Origin: Diadema antillarum
Lineage: Eukaryota
NCBI RefSeq assembly: GCF_040938485.1
Contig: NW_027270921.1
Coordinates: 186,001 to 250,000, forward strand
Direction: 5' to 3'
Length of the DNA stretch: 64,000 nt
Every line of letters begins with the position of its first letter. Position 1 is the stretch's first letter. The notes under the pieces were generated by a model. That model made no database searches. It was given only the letters and a program-made list of their open reading frames with translations, and was not told the origin of the DNA. The position numbers and the translations under genes were made by a program. Positions 50,014 through 63,372 of this stretch are shown here, one piece after another.

Positions 50014-50374
50014 TTAAAGGTGCTGTTTACCATTGGGAGCAGTGATTTAAAAAACGTTCGAGTTATCACATTTGATGCATATGTGTAGGTCAGTTGTATC
50101 AAAAAGACATCCTACCATATAAAAAATTTGCAATAAATGCCAAAATATTAGGAGATATCACTATATTTCTCAATAAACCATAACTGTAGACAGTTTATTC
50201 CAGAAACAGTGTTATTATAACTATTGTTAACATTTTGTATATTAAACCATACCTATCATTGATTATACTGATTTTACATTGGTTGTTTCTATCCCTAACT
50301 AGCATTTTAGAACTATTTTGAAGCACTAAAGCTGGGTTTTTGTTTCATCCGCAAATGGTAAATAATGCCTTTAA
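50014..50374. mobile_element. Kolobok-like non-autonomous element with TTAA at both ends
   Basis: ttaaaggtgctgtttaccatt ... aatggtaaataatgcctttaa. Confidence 0.8.
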
Positions 50375-53300
50375 CCTGAAATGCCTGAACACTACACACA
50401 GTTACTGACATGGATTTAGATTCAGTACAGAGAACTAGTTATAGGATTCATTGTGGCTATATTATTGAAAAGAGGATAACATTTAATGATAATAATGATG
50501 ATGATGGTCCTGATAATGATAACAATAACAATGATAATAACAGCAGAATCATTGTTATTTTTATTAACCTACAACTGCAAGAACTATATGAAACAAATGA
50601 TTTTATATACAATCTTGGAATGCATAGATAACACAGAATTGTGTGCAACAGGGAATATTTTCTCCATGGGCTGAGGAAACATAGAATATCATGATAAAAC
50701 AATACTGGGGAATAAGAACCAACAGCCTGGCTGCCAAGACTACCACTGTACATCTCCTCAACAACTACAGTACTGGTGCACAGTTTGAGAGCCCCACGGA
50801 TGAATCTAGGTTACGGTCAAAGTTGACAGAGGACGTTGCCCTAGGTCAACTTCGCTGAGTCATCACGGCCGGTAAGCCCCCCTGTACTCTATGTAGGCAT
50901 AGATCTAGCTCTCCTGACACTGACGAATCGCAGGCGGCCATTTATGTCCCTCCTCCTCCTCCTCCTCTCTCACTCAGAGAATGAAATATAACCTGTGAAA
51001 TCATATCTGGCACATACCGCATCGCCTGATGCTGATAGAGGTCAAGCTAAATCTGTGTGGGTACACGCAAACTCTCGATTCTCCTCCCAACGAATAAAGT
51101 GTGGCTTTCTGAAATAAAAAAAGGAATTATCCTATCTGTGAATTATCTGGAAATGCACCAATAAAAACAACTCTCATCTCTATAACTCTCACATCAATTC
51201 TGGCAAATTTTACAATTTTCATATAACACAGTCTCCCATATTCAGCAAATCATTGACATGGTATCATACCATATGCACTGCAATGTACTTCAATGCACAA
51301 ATTCCTTTCACGTGATGAAATGTAACAGAGAACAGAATTTACAGCATGTTAACTGCATACCACACATTCTCCAGAAAAGCTCAAGAGATTACCGGTATGC
51401 ACATTTGAAATGTACATTGAACTGGTCAATAATTGCAGATGGGCATTCGTTCATTCGAGCACAGTATGAAATGCCTAACTTTTCAACACTGATAGTCCAT
51501 ACATAAACTACTCATCATCCTTGCTAAATAAGATTTTCAATATAGGCCTACTTCACTTTGGCAGAATATGCATAAACTCTCCCTATAAAATCATATGAGT
51601 ATGAGGCACATCAATTTGCATCATGTAACATTGCCAAGGAAATATCATAACTTCTAAATCTGAACTATTGTTATTACAGACAAAGATGTGTAAAGGTAGA
51701 CAAAAGGTATGTCAAAAGCCAATGTGGCTGCTTTCAAAGTGATTTCCACAGTGAGTTTGAGCGAGAGAAAAAAAGAACGGATAGTGCTGCAGCGAGGGAC
51801 CATGTCAGGAGGGTTCTCACACACTCTGTCCTCGCACACGCCGAATTTAGACGCCAGGTATTTCCTACATGTCGAGGGACCACTGTCAGTTTCAGTAAAA
51901 GTGGCCTTCTCTGACGTCTTCCTGATAAAGACTCGTGTGTGGCATGGGCTTGTCAAGGGCACGTTCACACCATGGCAGGGCAAAGCAAGCGCGGTTGCAT
52001 GCACCTGGCTGGAGAATGGAAGGGGCTATTCACACTGGTCTTCTCATTCGCACTGCCCTGGCGAGTACGTTCCCGTCTCTGTGTATGCTGCCAATTACTG
52101 TGCAGAAGATACCCAACAAAACAAGGTCTGATTAGCTCTAATGCCGTCGGTAAGCAGTGTGGCTGATTGATTGCATTTGCTATTTTACTTCCAATCAGTG
52201 GCTAATTGTTCCTGAAGTGGGTGAGGTAATGTCATTAGATTACATACCCTATTTTCGGGGAGGGGGGGGGGGGAAGGAGTTAAGATAAATAATGCACAGT
52301 AAACTACCTACTTTACATGTAAGGTCCTATCTTTAGATTACAAAATGTATTTGTGGAAGACCTATGTCTATACATTTGTTAATGGTTTATGTTGAAAGTT
52401 CCATACATCTTGAAATTGATTGCTTGGACAATCTAGAATCATACAGCAATGATTTATCCAAAAAAAAAAAAAAAGGTTGGTATATTGGGCCTATATAAAG
52501 TGACTCCTTTTACTGTGTGATAACATATTTTCAGTGAAGCTATTATAACTTTTTTTCCTTTTCATGAGATTTTGAAGCCACAACCTCCTGTTGTATGGTG
52601 CATATCTCATTTTAGGAATAAAAGACAATAAATGTGGAGCAGAATTTTCAAAATCATCTTCAACATTTTATTCTTTAACTATGTACTCCTTGGAAGCACA
52701 ATATCTTGTGAGGTCAGTAAAAATTTGTGGACTCTGGACAGTGTGTACAATGCTACTGTATGGGGTCTTCTGTGCCAAGCCACACTCATAAGCACTCAAA
52801 ATGGTAAGAAAGAAGGAGAATGGAGGAATTGAAAGCACTATCTATCACACTGACCTCCTGTTGGCATAGAAACCTGACTACTGACTGCAATATATTTAGT
52901 TTGACTGTATCACTTTTTCTGGGAACAGACTCATATGTTAATGTAAAAATTTCATCCACTCACCCTTCCCTATCAAACTATGTCATTGAACTCCATCAAT
53001 TTCACCCCACCCCCTCCCCATCCTCCACCTACCCCACTGCCCTCAGATTTGTCACACAGCTTTTTTTCCTCTAGTCTATTCACTGTAATTCATCACATTG
53101 TTCTCTCTCTCCTTATCCATTTTCCTTTCATTCTGCGCTTCTGTCTTCCTCCATGAATTATTCCTCCTTGTAATCCTGCACCCTTCTCTCCTCACCCCCC
53201 CCCTCCTCCATCTTCATCCTCTTCAACCCATCTCCTTCCTGCACCAACCCCTCTTCCCCCACCCCCCCCCCCCACCCCCTTTTCTCCAATCCGTCTCATT

Positions 53301-54529
53301 CATTCCCTGGCTCCAGGTACCTGGTAAACTGGCTTGCAGTTCATCCAGAGGTCAGTGGGTAGCAGCCCAGCGATCAGTCTCTCTCTCTCTCTTCTCCTGT
53401 CCTCCTCCTCCCTCCCCCCCCCCCCCATCTACCCTCTCATCTGATGCCCTCTCTGCCTATCTCTCACTGTCCATCTACCTCTCTCCTTTTTATCCACTGT
53501 CCCTCCTCGCTCTAGGGGCCTGGAGCCTTATGAAAGCAGATGGGTCTCCTTGCACAGGGTGTGTCATAAAAATGCAGCAGCTCTGTATCAGGAGGAGGCT
53601 ATAGCCTCTTGTCAGATTTTGTAGCAGAGGCTTGTAATCCACACCGCATGACTTACTGGAGACTAGTTTGCCATAATGAAGAAAGGCAAGGCATGGGGTG
53701 AATGTGTTAACTGAATGGCACCACATAGCATTAGTCACTCCTTGGACTTGGGTCTGCCTCACATCACTAAAACTATTCATCGACAAAATATCTACAAAGC
53801 ATGCATCATTCATGTTTAGTATGGTAATTGACTGGTTCTGCGTCCATTGACCAATCCCAATCAACTGATTGTTTTTACATCATTCTGTTATCTATTAGGC
53901 ACTTTGGGACACAGAGATGTCTACTTTCAGTCTTAAAAGGGGAATCTGTATAGTGAACTTTCTGATATATCATCTGATGAAGTGACATCCTAATGCATCA
54001 AAGTATGATGATATCCTATCATTATGCCCATGTCATGGCGTATCATACAGTTAGACAATTCCATCAGAGCGCTGGCCTTCCATTCACCACACTTTTCCCA
54101 TATTAAGTGAGGACACTCGTGCATTTTGTCCAGAACAGAATGTGTTGTCTTTAGTTGCATTGGATCTGCATACCAAATATAGGCTGATGTCAGTTGAATG
54201 ACAACATTGCTGCTTGGCTACTATCACTTCAGAAACCCAAACCAAGTCAACAAAGGACTACAGCTGAGTCTATATCAAGTACTGCTCTCCTAGTTTTGAT
54301 ACACTGTGTACAATCCAGTCACTGACCTCTAGATATCTGTGCTGGGTCATGGTGACACTGGTCATCAAATATGCACATTTTTTAAACCACTGATTAGCTG
54401 ATTTTCCCTGCCTCATTTTCTTGCATAAAAAGTATATTCAGTTATTATATTCTTCTTTTTCTTTCTTTTCATGCAAGCTTTGCTTCACACCACTGCAGCT
54501 ACTTGACTATCCTAATGCTACTATTTCAC

Positions 54530-54740
54530 TAATAATGCTGCTGCTGCTACTGTTGTATTACTTGTAAACCTGGTACTAGTACTGCTACTATTACTGCCAC
54601 TATTAATAGTACTACTACTACCACTGCCACTATTAATAGTACTACTATTACCACTGCCACTAATACTACTGCTAGTACTACAATGTACTTCTACTTATAC
54701 TAAAACTACTACTAAGTCTGCTACTTCTACTACTTCTAAG
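54530..54740. repeat. Degenerate (TAC)n / (TGC)n simple repeat
   Basis: Direct reading; includes a duplicated ctgccactattaatagtactacta. Confidence 0.8.
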
Positions 54741-57700
54741 ATTAGGTCTACTATACTGGGTAACACTTCCATAAATGCTACAGTTATTCCTATGGCTCCT
54801 ATTACTATCTCTACTGTTGCTACATTAACTTATAATAATGCATCACATTCAACATTGAAAAAAAGAAAGAAGATATTTACTCAACAGGGAGGTGGCACAG
54901 AAAAATATGTTTGAAATGACATGAGAACGCTCACTGAAGAAATATTTCAGAATATGTCATTAAGAATGGACTAAAAGGTCATATAAAGCTGGTATTTAGA
55001 CAGATATCAAATATGCATCCAATTCTAAGTATGCAGGGAAAACCACATGCATGCGAGAAAAGGTTGCAGAGAGTTTCAAATAGTCGTAAGAGACTATTAA
55101 AGTAAGGAGTGCATTGTACTATCTCTCACAAACTACATCTGCAGTAAAAATTTTGCCGCACTCATGACAAATGCATCAGCCAAGTATCAACGTAATTCTA
55201 TTTTTGCTCTTTTTTTGTAAATAACATATTGTATCATATGCTTCTTTCATGTCGGTGAAGGCTCGTTCCAAGCTCATCACACGCAGTTGCATCATTACAG
55301 CTTTGCCTAGTAGCTTCGCTGACACAAATTGAATATTGCTCCAAGCACTCCCCTTATTGTATGAGAAGGGGGAGATACGGGGGAGAGAGATTTATGCGGC
55401 TGAATCTATCCAGTGTGCGTGATAGTGATATCATTGTGTCATACAAGGAACTCCACGATTGATGACACCCTTGAAATCAATGCTAGCTGAGCTCATCACG
55501 CTGGATACGGGGAGCCTACCCCTGGGAGAAGGGAAAAGAAAGAATACATCAACTTCATCTCTTTCCCCATCTCTTCCCAACCTCCTCTTCTTCCCCACCC
55601 CCTCATCGCTAAAATTTTCTTTTTTTTAGATGAAACTCTTTTAAAATGTATGTTTGTATTAAAAACATAGGCCTTCATACGAAATGAGGATTTTAGTCGA
55701 GTATTGGTTCCAATATTCAAAAGCTAAAAAGATTGTACTTGTAATCCATTCTTAGTGTCCACTCATTAAAAGTCGTTAGACACTAATGATAATTCACAGA
55801 AGATCATTTGTTTTCATCTTTAAAACTTGAATCATATACACATAGATAGATATTTCATCAAATTCTGTTCTTTTCTGCCATCTATCCCCTATGTCAGTAT
55901 CTTTGTCTCTCTTTCCATGTTTCCATCTCTTTCTTGCTCTCTTTCTCAAGTCTCTAGCCCCCTCCCCTACTCCCCCCCCCCCCTTTCTCCACCACTTTCC
56001 TGTACAGGGAAAAGTGGCTAGGTTCAATGAGTTTCTCCCTCTAACCCGGGGAAGAGTACATAATGAGGATGCGCAGACGCTGAATATTCAATGCATGAGA
56101 CAAGATGTATTGGGTTGCACAGGAGCCGCCATGACAACTCGCGTAAACCAAGAGCGCACGCATGAGAGAGACACAGTATGCTACACATGTTCACAGCCAC
56201 ATGGTGCTAGGATGCATCAAGAAAAAGCCATTTAAAAATCGGAGGGGGGGGGGGGGGCAGTAGAATGACGGAGACAGACTGGTAAGGATACAGTTTACAT
56301 AGACCTAAGATATGTAGGGAAATATCACCTCTACATTATATGCCACAAGTTTGCTTGTCTGGGAGACAAATATCACATGAGACATTTCAGACATTCATAT
56401 TTTTTTTTTCTCCTTCTTCTAGTTCAATCATGGTGCTTTGTACACTGTCTGATGATATATAGTCTGACCAATTTGATCAATACGTGCATGGTTTGAATTC
56501 AAAGCAGACAAATCTTAAAACAATGTACGAAGACATACTATGGGCACATGGCAGTTGAACAACTGACTACCTACATTGATTCCTGTGAACATAATCTGTA
56601 GAATGCTGAATACCTGAACATTACTGATAATAGGTTCAAAAATCATAGTTCATTTCATATGACTCAGTGTACTGTACCTCTGATTTAATGCATTCTCAAT
56701 TCAGGGATGAACAGTACTTGTGGTGTGTGAAGTTGTATAGAAGAATTTAAGAAGGAAATGTTGGTTGAGGTTAGTCCAAACCATGTACAAGTGAAAATGT
56801 GAGCGATGATGATCCAAATGACACTTGAGTTATGACCCATTTGATCAGCTTCATTCAGGGAATATTTTTGTAATGAATAAAAAAACAAAAGTAGGAATGA
56901 AAACAAATAACAAATGAGTTGTGCATTATTGTGAACCATCCAAATGAAACTGTCTGTTTTTCCGGCTCAGAGGGGAAATTTTCTTGACACGGACACAGTG
57001 ATGCCACAAAGAATGATGCAAAATTTTGAATACTGAACAAGCATTTACAATGTCTTGGTTTTTCCCCCAACACATCATCTCCAAGTGAAAGTGTCATAGC
57101 GCAATCTAATGAATACATTCCTGACTTTCTAAATACATGGACTGACAAAACGAGAACTGACTACACTTCTGCATCTCAAGCAATGATTTGTTTAATGTCG
57201 TATCAAATAACAAGACATCTGGTAACCTGCTCAAAATTTTTATCACATAAAGACATTGAAAAATTTATGAATACCAGACACACATGATAATTAAGTTGCT
57301 AAGTTACATTATTTTTAGAACTTCTTTATAGCCAGAGTGCATTGACAAAATGTCACAGTACTGTGATGTCAAACCGACTGCATCTTTTGAAAGTTTTGAA
57401 TTTCTCTTCCTCCTGTCTAAGTCTTGGGAGAAAAAAAATGAAATAAGAAGTTCTTAAAGGCTTGGGGGAATGTTGAGGAGACGAAACTTCATTGGAACAT
57501 TTGCAATATGACACTCACTCATTTGTGACCCCACCCCTTTTTAAAGGATATAAATATCCATGACAACATTTGCACGCTAAGTCATGCTTCATACAGATAA
57601 ATGGACTACAACCTCACTGAAGTTTGAGGACATTTCTTTTTTTTTTTTGATATCTAACATGCTGCTAGATTGATTGTAATCAATCTACCCTTTTCTAAAT

Positions 57701-57849
57701 TTATGTATGCAGGGCTCTGGCATTTCAAAATGCAGAGGAGATCTGAGAAATTGGGTGTACAGCATCACTTTTCATCACAAATACGGGGGGGGGGGGGGGG
57801 ATGGGGGAAGGATGATCACATCTTGGACTTCATATGACCAAATCCTGTT

Positions 57850-58170
57850 CTCCATAATTGCCACGGGAGAAAATTGGGTCAGACTCGCCGGCTTGCAACG
57901 CGATGTGCAATCCCGCCCCGCACTCCCCCTTCTACTTTTGGGTGATCCGAATGGCCAAAAATAGCGCGGCGCAACTTTCTCCCCAGCAAATGCCGTGGAT
58001 GACGGTGGCGCGCGCTGGCACTGCCCCCTCCCCCCACCTGCTCCCCGGGAAAAAGAGCAGCCGGCGCTGGGGTGTTGCGTGCATGCCGGTGACCTTTGCG
58101 AGCCGCGGCATTGTTTGGATTCACCCGTGGAGGGAGAATTACGTCACAGCAGCGATGGACGGAGTAGGTA
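57850..58170. promoter_or_regulatory. GC/CpG-rich island inside the large 5' intron, candidate cis-regulatory element
   Basis: Local GC and CpG spike without TIRs; cccgcccc GC box, cattgtt Sox-like site, tacgtca CRE-like site. Confidence 0.35.
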
Positions 58171-59848
58171 TGATGTCAGAAAAAGGTGTGAGGAGTGGAA
58201 AATGTGAAATTGAGAGGCAGAAGACAGGAGCAAGACACTGTGAGAGAAAGACAGCATCCTCAAAATCTGGGGGTAAAAAAAGGAACAAAAAAAAAGAGAG
58301 TAGAAAACAGGGGATAATGTGTATGCGGACAGAGGCTGCAACTTGTAAAGGTTTCGACGTCATCGCCAGAAGCTCCACAAGGAGAAATGGACTGGCGTGG
58401 GACAGTGGACAAATAGATAAAGGGTAAAAGATGATTTCAAGAAGGGAAATATCATTCTCAGATTGAATCTACCAGAGGAAAAAAAAAAAGGAAGTATGAC
58501 ATATTCATATCTCTGTATGCTATCTAAGCAAATGTACTGTTTGTGGAAATAAAGGAAAAAGTAGGGGGAAAAACTGTTATTTGAATGCCATAAATGTGAG
58601 CAAAAAGTAAACATTATGAAACAAGTGTGGACAAGGCTTGAACAGGAAATCACTCTACAATAAAACATGAATGAATATCATACATTTCCTAATTTTCAGG
58701 GAAGAAAAAAAAATACTCTATATTATTTCTTCAGGAAAAAGTAAACATTTCTTTCAGTTGACTTGTTATTGACATAATGTTCAAGATAACATGATTCCCC
58801 CACCTTCATCTTCTGAAAGAGGAAAGTCAAATGCTCTTTCATTATGCTAGAAAAAATTAGAATACACTGAATTCTCTATATTGTTCCTTTATATATTTAC
58901 CCTACTGTGACATCACAAATTGTTGTAAGTTTTCTTATCCAGCGATGACAGCACATAGATTTAATCAAAGCTGTAACTATTCATAACTTTTGGATTGATG
59001 GTCTGATTTTACTCAAACTTCACTATGTAGGCCTATACTTTTACTGCAGTGTAGTTCTGCATTATTGCATACAAATTTGGGATAAATTCCCCTCTACGCT
59101 GTGAAGTTTTCATTTTGGCCTTCCACCCTTACCCGAGGGATTGTGGACATCAACTTCTGAACAGAATAATAGTATGTTGCTAACTGCTTCATGTCACTTG
59201 TGTCAAAAAGAAAAGTGCAGGGGGTTCCACCTTGAGACTTAGATTGACGATGTACTATCTGTGGACGAGACGATACGACAGCAGCTGTAGAACCATCTCC
59301 AGGTGAAAGGCGGCAACAAAGATTGCAGATGGCATGACAGATAATGTACATAACAAGTGTCTCGCTATGAGTAAACATTTCACACTGGTCACACGTGAAT
59401 GACGTGCAATCATGCACACGAGCCACTGGCACCTTTGGACAAAAATGGATGTCATGATATTATTTAGATAGAGTACACTTCACTAATTGGCAACAGAAGT
59501 CTCAGGGACGCTTCTGACAAGGCTCATCATATTGACGTCATCTTCGTCTACGACAATCGTGGTTCGGTCGGCACGCAGGGTGACTTTGTGAATGAACGCA
59601 TGCATTTCAGGAAGTCACTGTCAGATGACTGCATTAGCTATGTATATTTTTGCCCTTTTTTTTTGGGGGGGGGGGTGGGGGACATCACGTTGATAGAGAC
59701 GACAAGAACAGAAGTAGAGGCTGCTTCTTACATGGGGTACAGACAGTGATACAGAGCTATACCATCACTAATGCGCAATCATCAGGCTGTGTAAACAAGA
59801 GCACAGGATGGTGATATACAAATTTCTGATCGTGAGATTTCCAAGAAA

Positions 59849-59998
59849 AAGAGAATCCCGCCAAAATCAATCATGACGTATGGTCAGCAAATATATGTAC
59901 CAAGGCAATAGTGACAGTAATGTTGAAAAAAGAGAATCCTGCTGAAATCAATCATAACGTATGGTCAGCAAATAATATACCAAGACAACAGTGATCAG
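59849..59998. repeat. Diverged tandem duplication, unit about 81 bp
   Basis: aagagaatcc...aaatcaatcat.acgtatggtcagcaaata...taccaag occurs twice. Confidence 0.8.
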
Positions 59999-60133
59999 GG
60001 GGCGTTTCATCAACGAGTTCGTCTGAGGTTTTCACCGACAAATTTGCTATCAGCCAATCAGATGCAAGGATTTCAGCAGCTTTTAACAGTTGTCAGTGTA
60101 AATCACCGACAAAAAGTTTCATGAAACAGTCCC
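59999..60133. mobile_element. PIF/Harbinger-like MITE
   Basis: ggggcgtttcat ... atgaaacagtccc flanked by a cag duplication (CWG-type target). Confidence 0.55.
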
Positions 60134-61427
60134 CAGATGGTATTGTTGTGTTGTTTATTTCGTCGGCAAATGAGGTTCTCAAAAACAGCATGGAATGCTC
60201 ACTGCAAACTACAAATGTGATTCAATGTCATGGTCATTACTGCTGATGTGATGACTGAGAAGTTTTTTACTTCAGCAGTCGGGCAAGGGCACAAAAAAGA
60301 GAAAATTCTCAAACCAAGAGAAAGAGGATGAGATAGAGGAATAAGTACTGTATATTGCTACATAAGCCCTTGCTCGATTGCTCGGGGCAAGTGAAAATAA
60401 AAATTGGGCAAGTGTTTTGGAAAGGTGAGAAAAAAAATGATTGCCTGAATTGGGCAAGCAAAAAAGTTTAAAAGCCACCTTTTTGTCAGAGGAGAGAATA
60501 TGAGCAGAAGAATGGAGAGAGGGAAGTAGAACAAGTAGAAGAGGAGAGAAGGAAGGAAAGAATGTGAACAGAAAAGAAGGAGGGGGAGGAGGAAGGGAGA
60601 GAGGGAAAGAGTACAGGGAGCTTGGGGCTGGCTTTACCAGAAGAATAGCTGGAGGACACCAAGGCAATGGCTGAGATTGTTAGTGAGAATGGTGAATGTC
60701 AAGTGGTTTCAAAAGCTATACGGAATCCTCAGCCGTGCAGTTTACAGCCGTGGTGGTGCATCAGTCTCTTCATGGGCCTCTCTGAGTGCCATTACATGTG
60801 AATAATGCTTGCACAATCTCTCTCTCTCAAAAAAAGTTCGTTGTCGGGGTGAAATGACATTTTCCTCGTATATTTTTCTTTTCTTTTTTGTTTCTTCCAT
60901 GCCAATGTCTGTGAGAGGGAGAGAGAGATACTGAGAGAGTGAAGGGGGTGGGGAAGCATTTGAAATTCAACCACTGCAGTAAGAATTTCAGCATATTTTA
61001 CTATAATTATAGAATATTATGATTATTATATTAATTCTTCTAATAAATCTCTCAAGCCTTTGTATCAAATTGGAAGAGTAAAAAGAGAAAGAGAGAGAGA
61101 GAGATTAATAAGAATTCAAAGTTTCAGTACACTGTGGGTAAGAAAAAATATTTTGGTAGACAATGTCTTTAAAAAATATATCCTGCATAACTTCGGGCAA
61201 GCAAAAGTTTTTTGTAGGCTACCTTTTTTCACTCCCCCCCCCCCAAAAAAAAAAACAAAAACAAAAAAACAAAAAAACACTAAGTCAACCATACAGAGAA
61301 GTCCTAAGATTATGACTGTATAGTGATGCAAAGTACTTAATTTCATTTTAAAAACAACTTTCCAACACTTACATGAAGATGCCAGAATGCAATGCAACAT
61401 CAACACGAGTTCAAACCAAGTCTGCTA

Positions 61428-61805
61428 CTCCAAGATAGTATAGTATTGGTGGAGATCAGGATTGGGCTTTCAACTTTTTGCGAGATACAGGGAAACCACT
61501 TATAGAGCATACCATTCTAAAAAGATTTCAAAGTTTATTTGATGAAAAACGGTTTTGGAGTGGCCGAGACATCCAAAAACAAAGTGAAACAAAGTGTTCG
61601 TAATAAAGGGTGGGCCCCACCTTTTATTCGGATCACTCTGTTTTGGATATCTCAGCCATTTCAAAACCAATTTTCATCAAATAAATGTTGAATTCCTCAA
61701 AGAATTAAATGCTCTTTCATATTTCATGAGGTTTCTCATTATCTTACAAAAAAAATGTTAGAAACTTGAAGTTAGGTCTCAACCAAAACTATACGATCCC
61801 TTTAA
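61428..61805. mobile_element. Second copy of Kolobok-like foldback family A (see 9611-10006)
   Basis: Shares gatatctcagccatt, gctctttcatatttca and tctcaaccaaaa...atccctttaa; the left end is decayed. Confidence 0.78.
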
Positions 61806-63301
61806 GCGTGCGAATCAATGTGTGCTGTTTATTCAAATGGTTGTGTTTTATTAAGCCTTTGTCAGACTTACAAGTGATTTTCTACATCAGTCTCTTATAT
61901 TCCTGGACTTTCTTTTCAGGCAAGTAAAGTACATGTTCATACAAGCGTTCTACAACTATTTGAAAATCTCCTTGCCCAACTAGGCAAGTGATGAAAAAAA
62001 AAGGAGAAAAAGTTAAGTAGCACCCCTTTAACTGTCTCTTTCTCTCTCAAAAGTAAAATATCATGATCTTGGTCTCATACAAAATAGGTATTTGTAAAAA
62101 TGCTGAAGCCTGGGATGAGACTAACCCTCAGTTGGGTTAGAGAAACTCTTCCTGTCTTCATACTACTCAGGCCAGTCGTCAGCACAGTGGTCTTACTTTC
62201 CCACACACAACATCAACATATCACCTAGAGAGTGTTACGGATGACCGCAACCTATTTTCCTTGGCAATATTGTTCAAAGGAAGTGCAGCTTTAGCTAATT
62301 ATTCCAGGACTCGACGGTACCACAAAGCGCCAGCACAGGCAGAAAATGACATCAGAGGGATGGGGGGGGGGGGGGGGGGGGGGGGTTGGGGTTGCACAGC
62401 ACATAAGCTTGATATTTTTGCATCGGGTACAAGGGTAAGGACTCAATTGCCCTCACCCAAGGAGAAAGACAGCCTGATCTCTGCTTCACGTTCTTCTCCA
62501 AAGTATCAGAGATTTTTGTCGCCTGCATCTGACTGTGTGTACGCCTTGAAGGAATGGAACAGAACACTTAAATGCACAATAAACACAATGCACATTTTAA
62601 CTACCCCCATTATGCAAGTGACTTGAATCTAGGGACATTTTACCTTTAAAAAATGACTTATATGGAGGGCGACAAACACAGCAGTCAATGCATGTATACA
62701 AGTTTTGATGCAATTAATCAGGCAAAGACATGATGATAATGAGAATGTGGCACCCTACAGACACCACAGATCAACAGTCGTAACCTTGGAACTTGATGGC
62801 ATGAGCTAAAAATGCTGAAATCAAGAAAGATGAGCCAAAATTCTGAGAATTCAGTCAAACCATTATCAATAGCAATGGAAGGAGTTCTTCTCACACCCTT
62901 ATCTACGATTGCCAGTGAAAATGACGTCAAAGATATGGGATTGAGCTTTACAACAGAAACATTTCCTGTCGAGTCAGTGGGTTGTTGAAGAAATGTCCAG
63001 TGGTGAATGACAGGTGAGTATCATTAGTTCAAGTCGGTGTGAAAGAGTAAAAGGACAGTGCAAAAGTTAAATCATATAAGGTATGAATTTTCTTCAATTT
63101 GTCTCCCTCTGTACAATTGAAATTTGTAAGATTACAACTGCTGGTCTCATAAAACTCATACCCCATATCATCTTCACCCCTCTGCTTAATCATCTCTTGC
63201 TTTCATTTAATATGCCCTGTCTGCCTTGGACTTCCTGACATCACAATGTCTGAATTTCGGAGCTTGGGTATCTGTTCCAAGTTCATCACGTCACTGCTGG
63301 T

Positions 63302-63372
63302 AACCAGGGATAGCCTGGTGGTAGTGTCGCTGCCCAGAAAGCAGTAGATGATGGGTTCGATTCCCGCTGGTT
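63302..63372 (+). mobile_element. tRNA-like sequence: SINE head or tRNA pseudogene
   Basis: A-box tagcctggtgg (63311-63321), B-box ggttcgattcc (63354-63364), 5-bp stem gctgc/gcagt with a 7-nt loop; the acceptor and D stems are imperfect. Confidence 0.6.

Noticed and set aside
62812-63014. 58-aa plus-strand ORF followed by a consensus donor CAG|gtgagt
   Set aside because: No partner exon or homology; a single consensus donor is expected by chance in 64 kb.
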